A DNA stretch of 63,917 nt, the filler included, from Octopus bimaculoides (taxonomy: Eukaryota): NCBI RefSeq assembly GCF_001194135.2. It is 5 parts of 4 records of this genome, joined end to end, with 100 filler letters (N's around TTAATTAATTAA, not from the genome) between each part and the next. Parts side by side here need not be neighbours in the genome. Positions count along the whole stretch, not along the records: positions 37,083 to 55,450 come from NC_069007.1; positions 55,551 to 58,600 come from NC_069002.1; positions 58,701 to 63,917 come from NC_068984.1; 2 more parts are not named here. The stretch is one strand, 5' to 3'. The notes under the pieces are model-generated. The model did not search any database. It was not told the origin of the DNA and worked only from the letters and a program-made list of their open reading frames with translations. Positions 49,255 to 60,357 of the stretch are shown here, one piece after another (positions within the stretch are counted from its first letter, which is position 1; every line of letters begins with the position of its first letter). Position numbers and translations under genes: made by a program.

Positions 49255-50650
49255 TATCTCTCTCTCTCTATTTGTGTCTTTATCTCTCCTACACTTTCTA
49301 TCTCTCACTCTCTCTATTTGTGTCTTTATTTCTCCTACACTTTCTATCTCTCACTCTCTCTATTTGTGTCTTTATCTCTCACTCTCTCTATTTGTGTCTT
49401 TATCTCTCCTACACTTTCTATCTCTCACTCTCTCTATTTGTGTCTTTATCTCTCCTACACTTTCTATTTCTCACTCTCTCTATTTGTGTCTTTATCTCTC
49501 ACTCTCTCTATTTGTGTCTTTATCTCTCCTACACTTTCTTTCTCTCTTTGGCTCTGTTTTTATCTCTTCATTACTCTTTCTTTCTCTATCTCTGATTGCT
49601 TGTCTTTCACTCTGTCTTTCTCTCTCTTTATTTCGCCTTCACTCTTTCACCCTCTCCCTCTTTGTCTTTCAAATGCTTTCACTTCCCCTCTCTACTTTCA
49701 CAGGCTTTCTTTCACTCTCTCTCTCTCTCTCATCTTCATACACTCACTCGGTTTCCCTCTCCCTCATCATCATACACTCACTCTCTCCCCCTCCCTCATC
49801 TTCATACACTCACTCTCTCCCCCTCTCTCTCATCTTCATACCCTCACTCTCTCCCTGTCAGCCATTCTCACACTTATTTTCCTTTGACTATTTTCGATTC
49901 GTTCTCATTTTTTCTCTCTCTCTCTCTTCTGATAACCTCGATATTTTCTCACTGTTTACGTTTTTTCCTCTGTCTTTCACTCTTTCTCTCTTATCTGTGT
50001 CATTATATGTCTTCCTCTCCCTCTCTGTCTGCGTCTGTTTCCCTCTCTTTTTATTTTTACCTCCCTCTATACTTCTTTATCTCTCTTCTCTCACTCCCTC
50101 TATGCTTCACCTCTCTTCCTCTCCCTTTTCCCTCCGCGTCTGTTTCCCTCTCTTTTTATTTTTCCCTCCCTCTATACATCTTTATCTCTCTTCCTTCTCT
50201 CTCACTATGCTCCACCTCTCTTCCTCTCCCTTCTCCCTCCGCGTCTGCTTCCCTCTCTTTTTCTCTTACTCCCTCCATGCTTCAGCTCGCTTTCTCTCCA
50301 CGTTTGTTTCTCTCTTTATTTTTACCTCCCTCTATACTTCTTTATCTCTCTTCTCTCACTCCCTCTATGCTTCACCTCTCTTCATCTCCCTTCTCCCTCC
50401 GCGTCTGTTTCCCTCTCTTTTTATTTTTACCTCCCTTTATACATCTTTATCTCTCTTCCCTCTCTATGCTTCAGCTCTCTTCCTCTCCCCATGACGCTCA
50501 CTCCCTCTCTTTATCTTTCTATATCTCTCTCTATGCTGCCTTACCTTCCTCAACTTTCTCCTTGTCTCTCATTCTCTCTACCTTTATCTCTATATCCGTC
50601 AATGCGTCTTCACCTCTCTCCCTCTCTCTATGTATCTCTCTCTCCAGCTC
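49255..50650. repeat. Pyrimidine-rich minisatellite complex (about 46-, 30- and 120-bp units)
   Basis: tttgtgtctttatctctc recurs in 49270-49545; catcttcatacactcactctc in 49725-49860; cgcgtctgtttccctctcttttta in 50030-50480. Confidence 0.85.
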
Positions 50651-50775
50651 TATTTCTCATCCTTTCTTCAGCCGTTGCTCTTTCTATATCTCTATAATTA
50701 TATCATCTTGCATCTCACGGAAGCGCTCTATTACTCCTACTTACCATGTTCCCTATGTACATGCATGATATACAC

Positions 50776-50818
<43 letters not shown>

Positions 50819-51417
50819 CATACATACATACACACACACATATATATATATATATATGCACGAGTAAATGTCTCTTTGTTTTGTTTTTTTTATTATATTA
50901 CTAAATTAAGTCTTTATTTGTTGAAATTATGGACCTTTATGATTTGACGGGCAACATTTTTTTATGTAGTGTTTCTGGTACCGAAACACTTTCAAACTTC
51001 GTATACTTGTATATATCGTGGTATAGAACAGATAAAAAAATTTGTATTCGAAGTTATTTCACGTTAAAAATTGTCTTATTTCGATAATTTCAACTAATCA
51101 CTGACGAACTATAATAGCCTCAGTATTATTTTTTTATTACCATTCCTAAATAAATATTTATTATAAAAGCAGCAGTCTTCAGTGTTATTACACCCCACAT
51201 CCGTGGCTCTTAAAAGACAATTAAAGAAACAATTATTATTAATATTAACAATAATTGTGGCCTTTGTGCCTATGGTAAGGAATTGTCATCGTCTCCATCA
51301 TTATTAAGTAATAGTATCATTCACTGCTGAACTGAACAGCTTTCCGGTTACGTCCTACCTCCTGTTTCTTTTTCCCCATCCTCCTCCTCCTTCTACATTA
51401 TTCCTATTTTGCTTTTG

Positions 51418-51877
51418 TACCGGACCTCTTTATCCGCTTTCCAAAACTCCGGAATTTCCAGAAATCCGGGGATATTGTTCGATTTTATGCAATGTATTGA
51501 ATATATACAGGCGCTGTTCTTTGAAGTTAGTTAATTTGCATGCGGTGTGTTAAATATAGTTTTGTTATTAAGTAGATTAATGAAGATTAAATATACTCAG
51601 TTTTAGAATTGTATTAATGTTTAGTTTTCATCCTAAAACATATTATACACACGGTACAAAAAATGTTTTAAAGAATTTTCAGTGGCTTAATAAATATCAA
51701 ACAGACCCTGCTTTAGAAATGTATTAATTTGATTCTGTTAAATACAATCTAATTCTTTACTATTCATAGTTATATTTCATATTTTGTTTTCTATTTAGAC
51801 TTCACAAAAAACAGAAAATCCAGAAATCCGAAACACTTCCGGTCCCAAGCTTGCCGGATATTAGTCCGGCATTGTAT
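51418..51877. mobile_element. Possible pogo/Tigger-like MITE
   Basis: Subterminal tccgRaa repeats at both ends and aatccgaaacacttccggtcccaagc near a ...TGTA end; TIRs degenerate. Confidence 0.4.
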
Positions 51878-51881
51878 AGGA

Positions 51882-52140
51882 CAGGGGTTTTCAAACTGTG
51901 GTCCCCGGACCACAGGGTGTCCGTGGACAGCAAATACTTTTTATGGGCAATTTGATTTTATATGTCTTTTAATCGAAATCTTTTAATTGACAATAAACCT
52001 ATTTGTTAAATACTGTTAAATAAATAAATATAAAAATGTTATTTTAAGCAAATATTTATGTGTAAATTTCATAAGCGTTTATAAGAAACGCCTGAAATAT
52101 AAAAAAGGGGTCCGCAAGTCAAAAAGTTTGAAAACCCCTG
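51882..52140 (+). mobile_element. hAT MITE, copy 1
   Basis: Perfect 16-bp TIR CAGGGGTTTTCAAACT; perfect 8-bp TSD GTATAGGA. Confidence 0.92.
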
Positions 52141-52577
52141 GTATAGGAGATGAGTTACAGTTGTGTAGGCTGCGCTGATAGAAAGAGTTGTAGGACATCG
52201 TTACAACCACTTAACTGATGGCCCATGTGTATAGCTTTTAGTTATGAGGCGAGTTCACAAAGTAGAAAGTGGGGGATTATTGTAGAATTGACGATGGTGG
52301 TGGTAGTGGTAGCTGAAAGTGTGAGATAGATAGATACGAGAGAGGAATGGCGATGTACTGTAAATGATGGTGTCGGTGGAGGTATATTAGATGTCGGTGA
52401 GTAACGAAGGTGCAGTGATGGTCGCAACAATGTCGACGTTTCTCCCTTTGTATGTGTGTAGTGTCAGTATGAGGAGACGTCATTCATCCTCTTTTATCAG
52501 CCTAACCTCTTTATGTGACGAGGGAAGTTTGTGTGGGTGAAGGATGTCGTGTACCAATAACGAAAGACTGCCATATA

Positions 52578-53447
52578 TCATCATCATCATTTAACGCCCA
52601 CTTTCCTGTGCTGGCATGGGTTAGACCAGGGGTTTTCAAACTGTGGTCCCCGGACCACAGGGGGTCCATAGACAGCAAATACTTTTTATGGGCAATTTGA
52701 TTTTATACATGTTTTTTTAATTGAAATCTTTTAATTGACAATAAACCTATTTGTTAAATACTGTTAAATAAATAAATGTAAAAATGTTATTTTAAGCAAA
52801 TATTTATGTATAAATTTCATAAGCGTTTATAAGGGGGTCTCTAAGGTAAAGCCTGAAATATAAAGGGGTCCGCAAGTCAAAAAGTTTGAAAACCCCTGGG
52901 TTAGACGGTTTGACAGGAACTGGTAAGCAGGAGAGCTATACCAGGTTCCAGTCTGAATTTGGCTTGGTTTCTATGACTGGATGCCCTTAATTCCAACACT
53001 CCCAGAGTGTAGTGAATGCCTCTTATGTGTCACCAGCACAGGTGCATTTGCGTGTCATTGGCACGGACGCTGTTATTGCCAAAGGTCACAACCACTTGTC
53101 ATCGTCTCCGTGAGATTCCACATTCGAAGATCGTGCTTCACCACCTTGTCCCATGTCCTCCTGGGTCTGCCTCTTCCACAGGTTCCCTCCACGGTTAGAG
53201 ATCGGCACTTCTTTACACAGCTGTCCTCATCCATACACCTCACATGACCATCCCAGTGCAGTCGCCTCTCTTGCACACCATATGTGGTGCTCCATGTGCT
53301 CAATTTTTCTCTCTTACGCTCTGGCATACAGGCACACTGCCATTGCACATCCAGCAAAGCATGCTAGCTGCATTTCTTTCAAGTTTCTGCATACGTACTC
53401 AGCAGTCACAACCCATGTTTCACTGCCGAGTAGCATGGCTGTGATAC
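52578..53447 (-). mobile_element. RTE-like LINE 3' relic interrupted by a MITE
   Basis: VQERRLHWDGHVRCMDEDSCVKKCRSLTVEGTCGRGRPRRTWDKVV; (CAT)n tail at 52578. Confidence 0.85.
52627..52898 (+). mobile_element. hAT MITE, copy 2
   Basis: Same 16-bp TIR; perfect 8-bp TSD GGTTAGAC; inserted in the RTE 3' UTR. Confidence 0.92.
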
Positions 53448-53586
53448 CGGGGGGTGGGGTGGGAGTAGCTACTTACCGGTTGGGGAAACCAAAGGTTAAG
53501 AGTGAAAGATGGTAGAATTGAGCAATGAAGAGAAAATCATGAAGAACTGACAAAATGAAAAAAGACAAAAATGTTTTAAAAAGTAT

Positions 53587-53992
53587 GTTTGTTTGTTGTT
53601 GGCACTCCGTCGCTTACGATGTCGAGGGTTCCCAATTGATCCGATCAACGGAACAGCCTGCTCGTGAAATTAACGTGCAAGTGGCTGAGCACTCCACAGA
53701 CACGTGTACCCTTAACGTAGTTCTCGGGGATATTCAGCGTGACACAGAGTGTGACAAGGCTGACCCCTTTGAAAATACAGGCACAACAGAAACAGGAAGA
53801 AAGAGTGAGACAAAGTTGCGGTAAAAGAGTACAGCAGGGTACGTGGCGTACCCTGCTGGTGGCCATCCCCTGCCGGAGCTTCGTGGAGCTTTTAGGTGTT
53901 TTCGCTCAATAAACACTCACAACGCCCGATCTGGGAATCGAAACTGTGATCCTATGACCGTGAGTCCGCTGCCCTAACCACTGGGCCTCCAC
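53587..53992 (-). mobile_element. SINE family B, full length
   Basis: Aligns with 21710-22097; 12-bp TSD TTTAAAAAGTAT at 53575-53586 and 53993-54004. Confidence 0.9.
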
Positions 53993-54371
53993 TTTAAAAA
54001 GTATAACAAAATATTAAAAAACATCAACCATGTTGCCTGAGATACACCAATATCTTTTGGTACCATACCATGCGTATTAGTTACTAACACTTGACGAAGA
54101 TGTCACACAGCAGGATAGAACCTGAAACCTCTTGGTTCAAACCAAACTCAATAACTTCACAACCATGCCTACACCAAGTGTCTTAGCACAGTATAAACTT
54201 ATAGCTAGAATTTGCTGAAATTGTCTGTCCTGTTACATTGAACTTTGACATACTTTTTATTACAATGAGATCAAATCACTAAGATAGCTTAGTGATAGAT
54301 TTTGGTATAACAAAACAATGAATTTCTATGATCCAAAGTCTGTAAATTGGCCACAAGTGTGTGTGTGTGAC

Positions 54372-54705
54372 TGCACATGGCTCAATGGTTAGAGCGTTGG
54401 GCTTACAAGCGTAATGTTGTGAGTTCAATTCCTAGACTAGACTGTATGTTGTGTTCTTGAGCAAGACACTTTATTTCATGTTGCTCCTGTTCACTCAGCT
54501 GGAGAAATGAGTTGTGACATCACTAGTGCCAAGCTGTATCAGCCCCTTTGCCTTTCCCTTGGATAATATCAGTGACATGGAGAGGAGAGACTGGTATGCA
54601 TGAGCGACTGCTGGTCTTCCACAAACAAACTTGCCTGGATTTGTACCTCAGAGGGTAACCTTCTAGGTGCAATCCCATTGTTATTCATGACCAAAGGAGG
54701 TCTAA
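54372..54705 (+). mobile_element. SINE family C, full length
   Basis: gcacatggctcaatggttagagcg...gtgagttcaattcct; aligns with 45557-45885. Confidence 0.85.
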
Positions 54706-54997
54706 AGATGTGTATATATATATATATATATATATAATTTAAACATATTTAATGATGCATGTGTGTGTGTGTGTAATAACACTTTGACTCAGATCAAGCT
54801 TACCTGAAGTTTCAGAACCATAGGATGTGCCCATCTCATCAGATGATTTGAACATCTGATGAGGTGGACATGTCCAAGAGTCTTAAGAATTGTCTAAAAG
54901 TCTTAAGAACTATTCTACAAACAACAGAATCAGGAATTATTTGTCTTTGCTACAAAATTAAGTCCTTCTTACTAACACAAAGTAATTATAAAATTAA

Positions 54998-55217
54998 CCC
55001 TTTAGCATTTAAACTGGCCACATCCGGCCTAAATGTTCTACCTGTTTTATGTTCAAACCAGCCAGATCCAGCTTCTCATACCTACCCTACAATGTCATTT
55101 TAAAAATAAGCAATCACATCATTGAAATCTCAAAGCTATGAGATAATGCATGATTATTTCAAAACAATGTGAATAAATAGGCATTATATTTCACAGGGTA
55201 ATCTGAATGCTAATGGG
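54998..55217 (-). mobile_element. piggyBac-type MITE
   Basis: TTAA|CCCTTTAGCATT ... AATGCTAATGGG|TTAA. Confidence 0.85.
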
Positions 55218-55337
55218 TTAACAAACAATAGCAGCCAAGACACCCGAAATGTAAATGAAATCATCAATGACCATTTTGAAGACCAATATATCTATCAAGG
55301 CTTTCTGTATAAATAGGGTTAGGGTTATGTTCTATGT

Positions 55338-55450
55338 GGAGGCGCAATGGCCCAGTGGTTAGGGCAGCAGACTCGCGGTCATAGGATCGCGGTTTCGATT
55401 CCCAGACCGGGCGTTGTGAGTGTTTTTTGAGCGAAAACACCTAAAGTTCC
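55338..55450 (+). mobile_element. SINE family B head, cut by spacer
   Basis: ggcgcaatggcccagtggttagggcag...gcggtttcgattcccagaccggg. Confidence 0.9.
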
Positions 55451-55550
55451 NNNNNNNNNNNNNNNNNNNNNNNNNNNNNNNNNNNNNNNNNNNNTTAATT
55501 AATTAANNNNNNNNNNNNNNNNNNNNNNNNNNNNNNNNNNNNNNNNNNNN
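55451..55550. other. Artificial 100-bp scaffold spacer
   Basis: 44 N + TTAATTAATTAA + 44 N. Confidence 0.95.
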
Positions 55551-56513
55551 GAAGAAGAAGAAGAAGAAGAAGAAGAAGAAGAAGAAGAAGAAGAAGAAGA
55601 AGAAGAAGAAGAAGAAGAAGAAGAAGAAGAAGAAGAATTATTATTTAACAACAACAACAAAATTCGGGATAGTATGATAGTAGTAGGATGTTAAATGGTC
55701 AAGTAACTTAAAAGTGACCTAGTTGTGGATTATAGCAGTGATTGGGACTGTTTTTAATGAATTCTTGGATATCTCTTTTGTATGTATCATTTTTAATTTT
55801 TGCGTGTGTGTTATTCTAAGGTCGTGGTGGATATGTCATTTGTTGTAGATGCGTTCAAAAGGGGCCTCTATTTTGGTTCGAGCATATTCGGGCTTGTGTA
55901 AGGAGACTATTCATAGATTTGGGCTGTCGTTTGCTTTTGAACAGTAGACATTGCTTGGAGTCTGTGGGCTTATCGTATATATCTGTTTCTATTACATTCT
56001 TTGATTTCTTAATGGGGATGTCGAGGAAGGGAAGTTGTTGATGGCTATATTCCATCGTGAATTGAATGTTTACGTCAAGTCCATTTATAAGTGCTTGAAA
56101 TTCTTTGTCTCTCTATACTTTCATGCCAAAGAATGAAACAGTCATCCAGGTATTGCTTCCAGTTATTTTCTATGTAGAGGGAGAATGGGCTGCCGTATTT
56201 TCCTAGAACCTTACGATAAAGATTCAGGGACGATACAACCTGTAGTCAAAGAATTAGTAAAGATACTCTCTTTATTACAAAATACAGATCCCTTTTGAAC
56301 GCATCTACAACAAATGACATATCCACCACAACCTTAGAATAACACACACGCAAAGATTAAAATTGGTAAGAATTCGTTAAAAACAGTCCCAATCACTGGT
56401 ATAATCCACAACGAGCCACTTTTAGGTCACTTGACCATTTAACATCCTACTACTATCATACCACCCTGCATTCTCGTATTATTTTCTTCTTCTTCTTCTT
56501 CTTCTTCTTCTTC
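55551..56513. mobile_element. Inverted-repeat-bounded Penelope-like element
   Basis: Arms 55672-55874 and 56279-56461 are reverse complements; outer (GAA)n and (TTC)n; RT relic in between. Confidence 0.75.
55930..56175 (-). pseudogene. Penelope-like reverse transcriptase fragment
   Basis: NWKQYLDDCFILW (YLDD at 56152-56141), a frameshift, then EFQALINGLDVNIQFTMEYSHQQLPFLDI...IETDIYDKPTDSKQCLLFKS. Confidence 0.85.
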
Positions 56514-57154
56514 NNNNNNNNNNNNNNNNNNNNNNNNNNNNNNNNNNNNNNNNNNNNNNNNNNNNNNNNNNNNNNNNNNNNNNNNNNNNNNNNNNNNNNN
56601 NNNNNNNNNNNNNNNNNNNNNNNNNNNNNNNNNNNNNNNNNNNNNNNNNNNNNNNNNNNNNNNNNNNNNNNNNNNNNNNNNNNNNNNNNNNNNNNNNNNN
56701 NNNNNNNNNNNNNNNNNNNNNNNNNNNNNNNNNNNNNNNNNNNNNNNNNNNNNNNNNNNNNNNNNNNNNNNNNNNNNNNNNNNNNNNNNNNNNNNNNNNN
56801 NNNNNNNNNNNNNNNNNNNNNNNNNNNNNNNNNNNNNNNNNNNNNNNNNNNNNNNNNNNNNNNNNNNNNNNNNNNNNNNNNNNNNNNNNNNNNNNNNNNN
56901 NNNNNNNNNNNNNNNNNNNNNNNNNNNNNNNNNNNNNNNNNNNNNNNNNNNNNNNNNNNNNNNNNNNNNNNNNNNNNNNNNNNNNNNNNNNNNNNNNNNN
57001 NNNNNNNNNNNNNNNNNNNNNNNNNNNNNNNNNNNNNNNNNNNNNNNNNNNNNNNNNNNNNNNNNNNNNNNNNNNNNNNNNNNNNNNNNNNNNNNNNNNN
57101 NNNNNNNNNNNNNNNNNNNNNNNNNNNNNNNNNNNNNNNNNNNNNNNNNNNNNN

Positions 57155-57184
<30 letters not shown>

Positions 57185-57185
<1 letters not shown>

Positions 57186-58600
57186 ATATTATTAATAAAT
57201 TCATAAAATTATCAATAATATATTCCATTACTCCAACACAATACAATGATTTTATACACAATGAATTATGCAAATCTTATAAAATAACTAACCCATCACA
57301 ATTAGATATACTAAATGATGAACATTCCATAATTATGCAAAAATTAGATATCGAAGACCGCACAAAAATATATACTCCAAACACTCCACACTTTAACCTA
57401 AAAGTCCATAAACAAGATTTCAATATTAATCCTGCCATTAGACTAATTTGTCCTACTAAATCAGTCCTCGGATGAATAAGTAAGAACATTTTAGATAGAA
57501 TCATTCCTATAATAAAGAAAAAACTTGATTCTAATTTATGGTTCAATACGGGAGAAGTAATCTCCTGGTTTCATTTATTACCTAATAAGACTAGCCTATC
57601 ATTTATACAATTTGATATTAACAATTATTATGCATCCATATTACCTATCATATTAAATAAAGCAATAATTTTAGCTAAAAATATTACTGACATTACACCA
57701 CTTGAAATTGACATTATTCAATTAGCTAGAGAAACACTGATCAAATTCAACGATAAATTATGGTGTAGATCAGGTAATAATAGTCTATTTAACTTATTTG
57801 ATATCACAATGGGATCGTCAGATTCGGCACAAATAACAGATTTAGTGGGATTATATTTACTAAATGAAACTAAACACTACTTCCCATCCTTGAAAGGAGG
57901 TATATATAGAGATGACGCACTCCTTGTGTATAATGGTAGATCCAAAAGAAAAATAGGAAAGTTAAGAGATCTACATAAATTCTATAAAAATTTTGGCTTA
58001 TCCATCACATTTGAAGAAAGTTATACTAAAGCAAATTTTTTAGATGCAATGTTAGACCTCAATACTTCAATATACTCTCCATATCATAAACCCAATGAAT
58101 ATCTTAAATACGTAAATATAAATTCAAATCATCATATTTCATTACCTAAAAGTATAGTAAACAGTATTTCTATCAGAATATCTGATTTATCCTATAATGA
58201 GGAAATTTCTAATTGCCATGCTAATTATTATAATCAAGCATTACGGGCAAGCGGGCATAAACAAAGTATTAAATATATGAAAAACACCAAATTAAAAAAT
58301 TACATAGTGCAATTAGAACTAAACAATACTATAGAAAATAACAAAATACAAAATAAAGACAATACCACATGCAACAATAATATACAATTAAAAATAAAAC
58401 ATAAAAATTATACACAATATAATAAAAATTCTAAAAATAGTAAAACACAAAGAACTAAACATCAAAATAAACATCCTATGAATAATATACACTTCCTAAA
58501 ATCATTAGATAAATACCAAAAATTACCTAAGTGGAGCTCAAATAGACAAATTATATGGTTTACACCTCTATTTTCCTTAAAAGTCAAAGGCTTAGCAAAA
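57185..58600 (+). pseudogene. Penelope-like RT ORF with a single in-frame TGA, truncated by gaps
   Basis: One frame of about 472 codons: RLICPTKSVLG*ISKNILD, FIQFDINNYYASI, MGSSDSAQITDLVGLY, GIYRDDAL, NFLDAMLDL, PYHKPN...YVNINSNH, RQIIWFTPLFS; only stop at 57473-57475. Confidence 0.88.
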
Positions 58601-58700
58601 NNNNNNNNNNNNNNNNNNNNNNNNNNNNNNNNNNNNNNNNNNNNTTAATTAATTAANNNNNNNNNNNNNNNNNNNNNNNNNNNNNNNNNNNNNNNNNNNN
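58601..58700. other. Artificial 100-bp scaffold spacer
   Basis: 44 N + TTAATTAATTAA + 44 N; supplies the false stop of the 57809 ORF. Confidence 0.95.
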
Positions 58701-58758
<58 letters not shown>

Positions 58759-58861
58759 TATATATACATACATACGGATATTTATGCATTTGAGTTTTAG
58801 TTTATACACAACTAGACTCACATTCTTTAATATACTCTCAATTTTTCATAAGGATAAAATA

Positions 58862-58990
58862 AGTGGCTGTGTGGCAAGTAGATAGAATAAACACCAGGCT
58901 TACAAAGAATAAGTCCTGGGGTCGATTTGCTCGACTAAAGGCGGTGCTCCAGCATTGCCGCTGTCAAATGACTGAAACGAGTAAAAGAGT
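58862..58990 (+). mobile_element. SINE family A, internally deleted (head tip fused to tail)
   Basis: gtggctgtgtggcaag joined to gatagaataaacaccaggcttacaaagaataagtcctggggtcg. Confidence 0.75.
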
Positions 58991-59269
58991 ATGTACATCC
59001 GAATTTGTTGTCTGCTACTTCCTTCATCAAATCTTCTCTAATAATAATAATTTTTTTGTTGTATACTTCTTGCAATGAGGAGAACAGTGATATGTAATTA
59101 ATCTAATTTGATCAAATTAATTTTAGTTATTCTACCATGTATTTACATGTTAATATCGCTGATTGAAACGATTGTATGCATGTATTAAAATTCTTTCAAA
59201 TTTGACAACTTTTCTCTATTTTTAACGAATTGTTGAGTTTCTATGGGATACTTTTCCATAGATTCTCAT

Positions 59270-59445
59270 AACACACCATATTTATTTTTTTCTCTCCTTG
59301 TTTCTTTCTGTGTTCCTTTCTGTGGAAGAGCATAGGCTCGAAACGTTAAAGACTTTTTCAATTCCCGAGCGTTATACTGATACATCTATTTGTTTTCTAC
59401 ACTACCTGTCTTCGTCTGTTGTTTTTTTGTGAATTCTCCCTATAT
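59270..59445 (+). mobile_element. Penelope-type 3'-end repeat with hammerhead-like motif
   Basis: CTTT-CTGTGGA-A-GAGC-ATAG-GCTC-GAAAC-GTT-AAAG at 59316-59351; aligns with 3065-3243. Confidence 0.6.
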
Positions 59446-59464
59446 ATATAATACACACACACAA

Positions 59465-59511
<47 letters not shown>

Positions 59512-59603
59512 NNNNNNNNNNNNNNNNNNNNNNNNNNNNNNNNNNNNNNNNNNNNNNNNNNNNNNNNNNNNNNNNNATATATATATATATATATATATAT
59601 ATA

Positions 59604-60357
59604 CGAGTATATATACAGGAGGCCAGTAGGTGGACTGGTCATGCGCTAGAAGAAGATCACATGTCATGTGTCTCCTAAGACCGAATAATTCTTAAAGGGA
59701 ATTTAGCGAAGCAGCAAAAACGTAAAGCGGGCAAGACCAGTGAAAATTGCACAAAAAAAAATACAATTATCTGCAAACATATGTTTTGAAATTAACATTT
59801 TCTTACCGAAAATATCTTTTTCACATCAGTACAGAACGTTCGATAGATTTAATTTAGAGAATCGTATACTAGGTTGTACTCCACAAGGAAAGCACGTGTA
59901 TACGGTTCTAAAAATTATACCTTCTACGACAAAATTCAAAAGTCCTCGTTTTTGCGCGCTAAATCCGTAAATATCTCCGCAGAAAAAATGTTCCACATCG
60001 GATATAGTAACTCTGAGAATTTGGTTATGGTTAATTAAATTAAACAATGGGATAAAAAATTGGATATTAATTAATATCAATTTAATACCAGGTAACTAGC
60101 ACATTAAAAGAATCAGGGAGATTCAGAAAAAATATCTGAGATCTCAAGGATTATTGCATATGTTTATATAAAGATATATACGAGTATATATTCAGAAGGC
60201 CAGTAGGTGGACTGGTCATGCGCTAGGAGAAGATCACATGTCATGTGTCTCCTAAGACCGAATAATTCTCAAAGAGAATTTAGCGAAGCAACAAAAACGA
60301 CCAGTGAAAATTACACAAAAAAATACAATTATCTGCAAACATATGTTTCGAAATTAA
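59604..60357. repeat. Pair of about 180-190-bp direct repeats (59604-59795 and 60181-60357)
   Basis: cgagtatata..ggccagtaggtggactggtcatgcgcta...caattatctgcaaacatatgttt occurs twice at high identity. Confidence 0.85.

Noticed and set aside
49120-50768. ORFs of 255-432 aa rich in Leu, Ser and Phe
   Set aside because: They are translations of a CT-rich minisatellite, which lacks stop codons by composition.
51440-51470. PEFW on the minus strand as the EPHX HGFPEFW motif
   Set aside because: It reads EIPEFWK inside a MITE-like repeat, upstream of the gene.
27656-58700. TTAATTAATTAA palindrome occurring four times as a possible regulatory or recombination site
   Set aside because: It is always centred in exactly 44 N + 12 + 44 N; this is an assembly spacer that puts stops in all frames.
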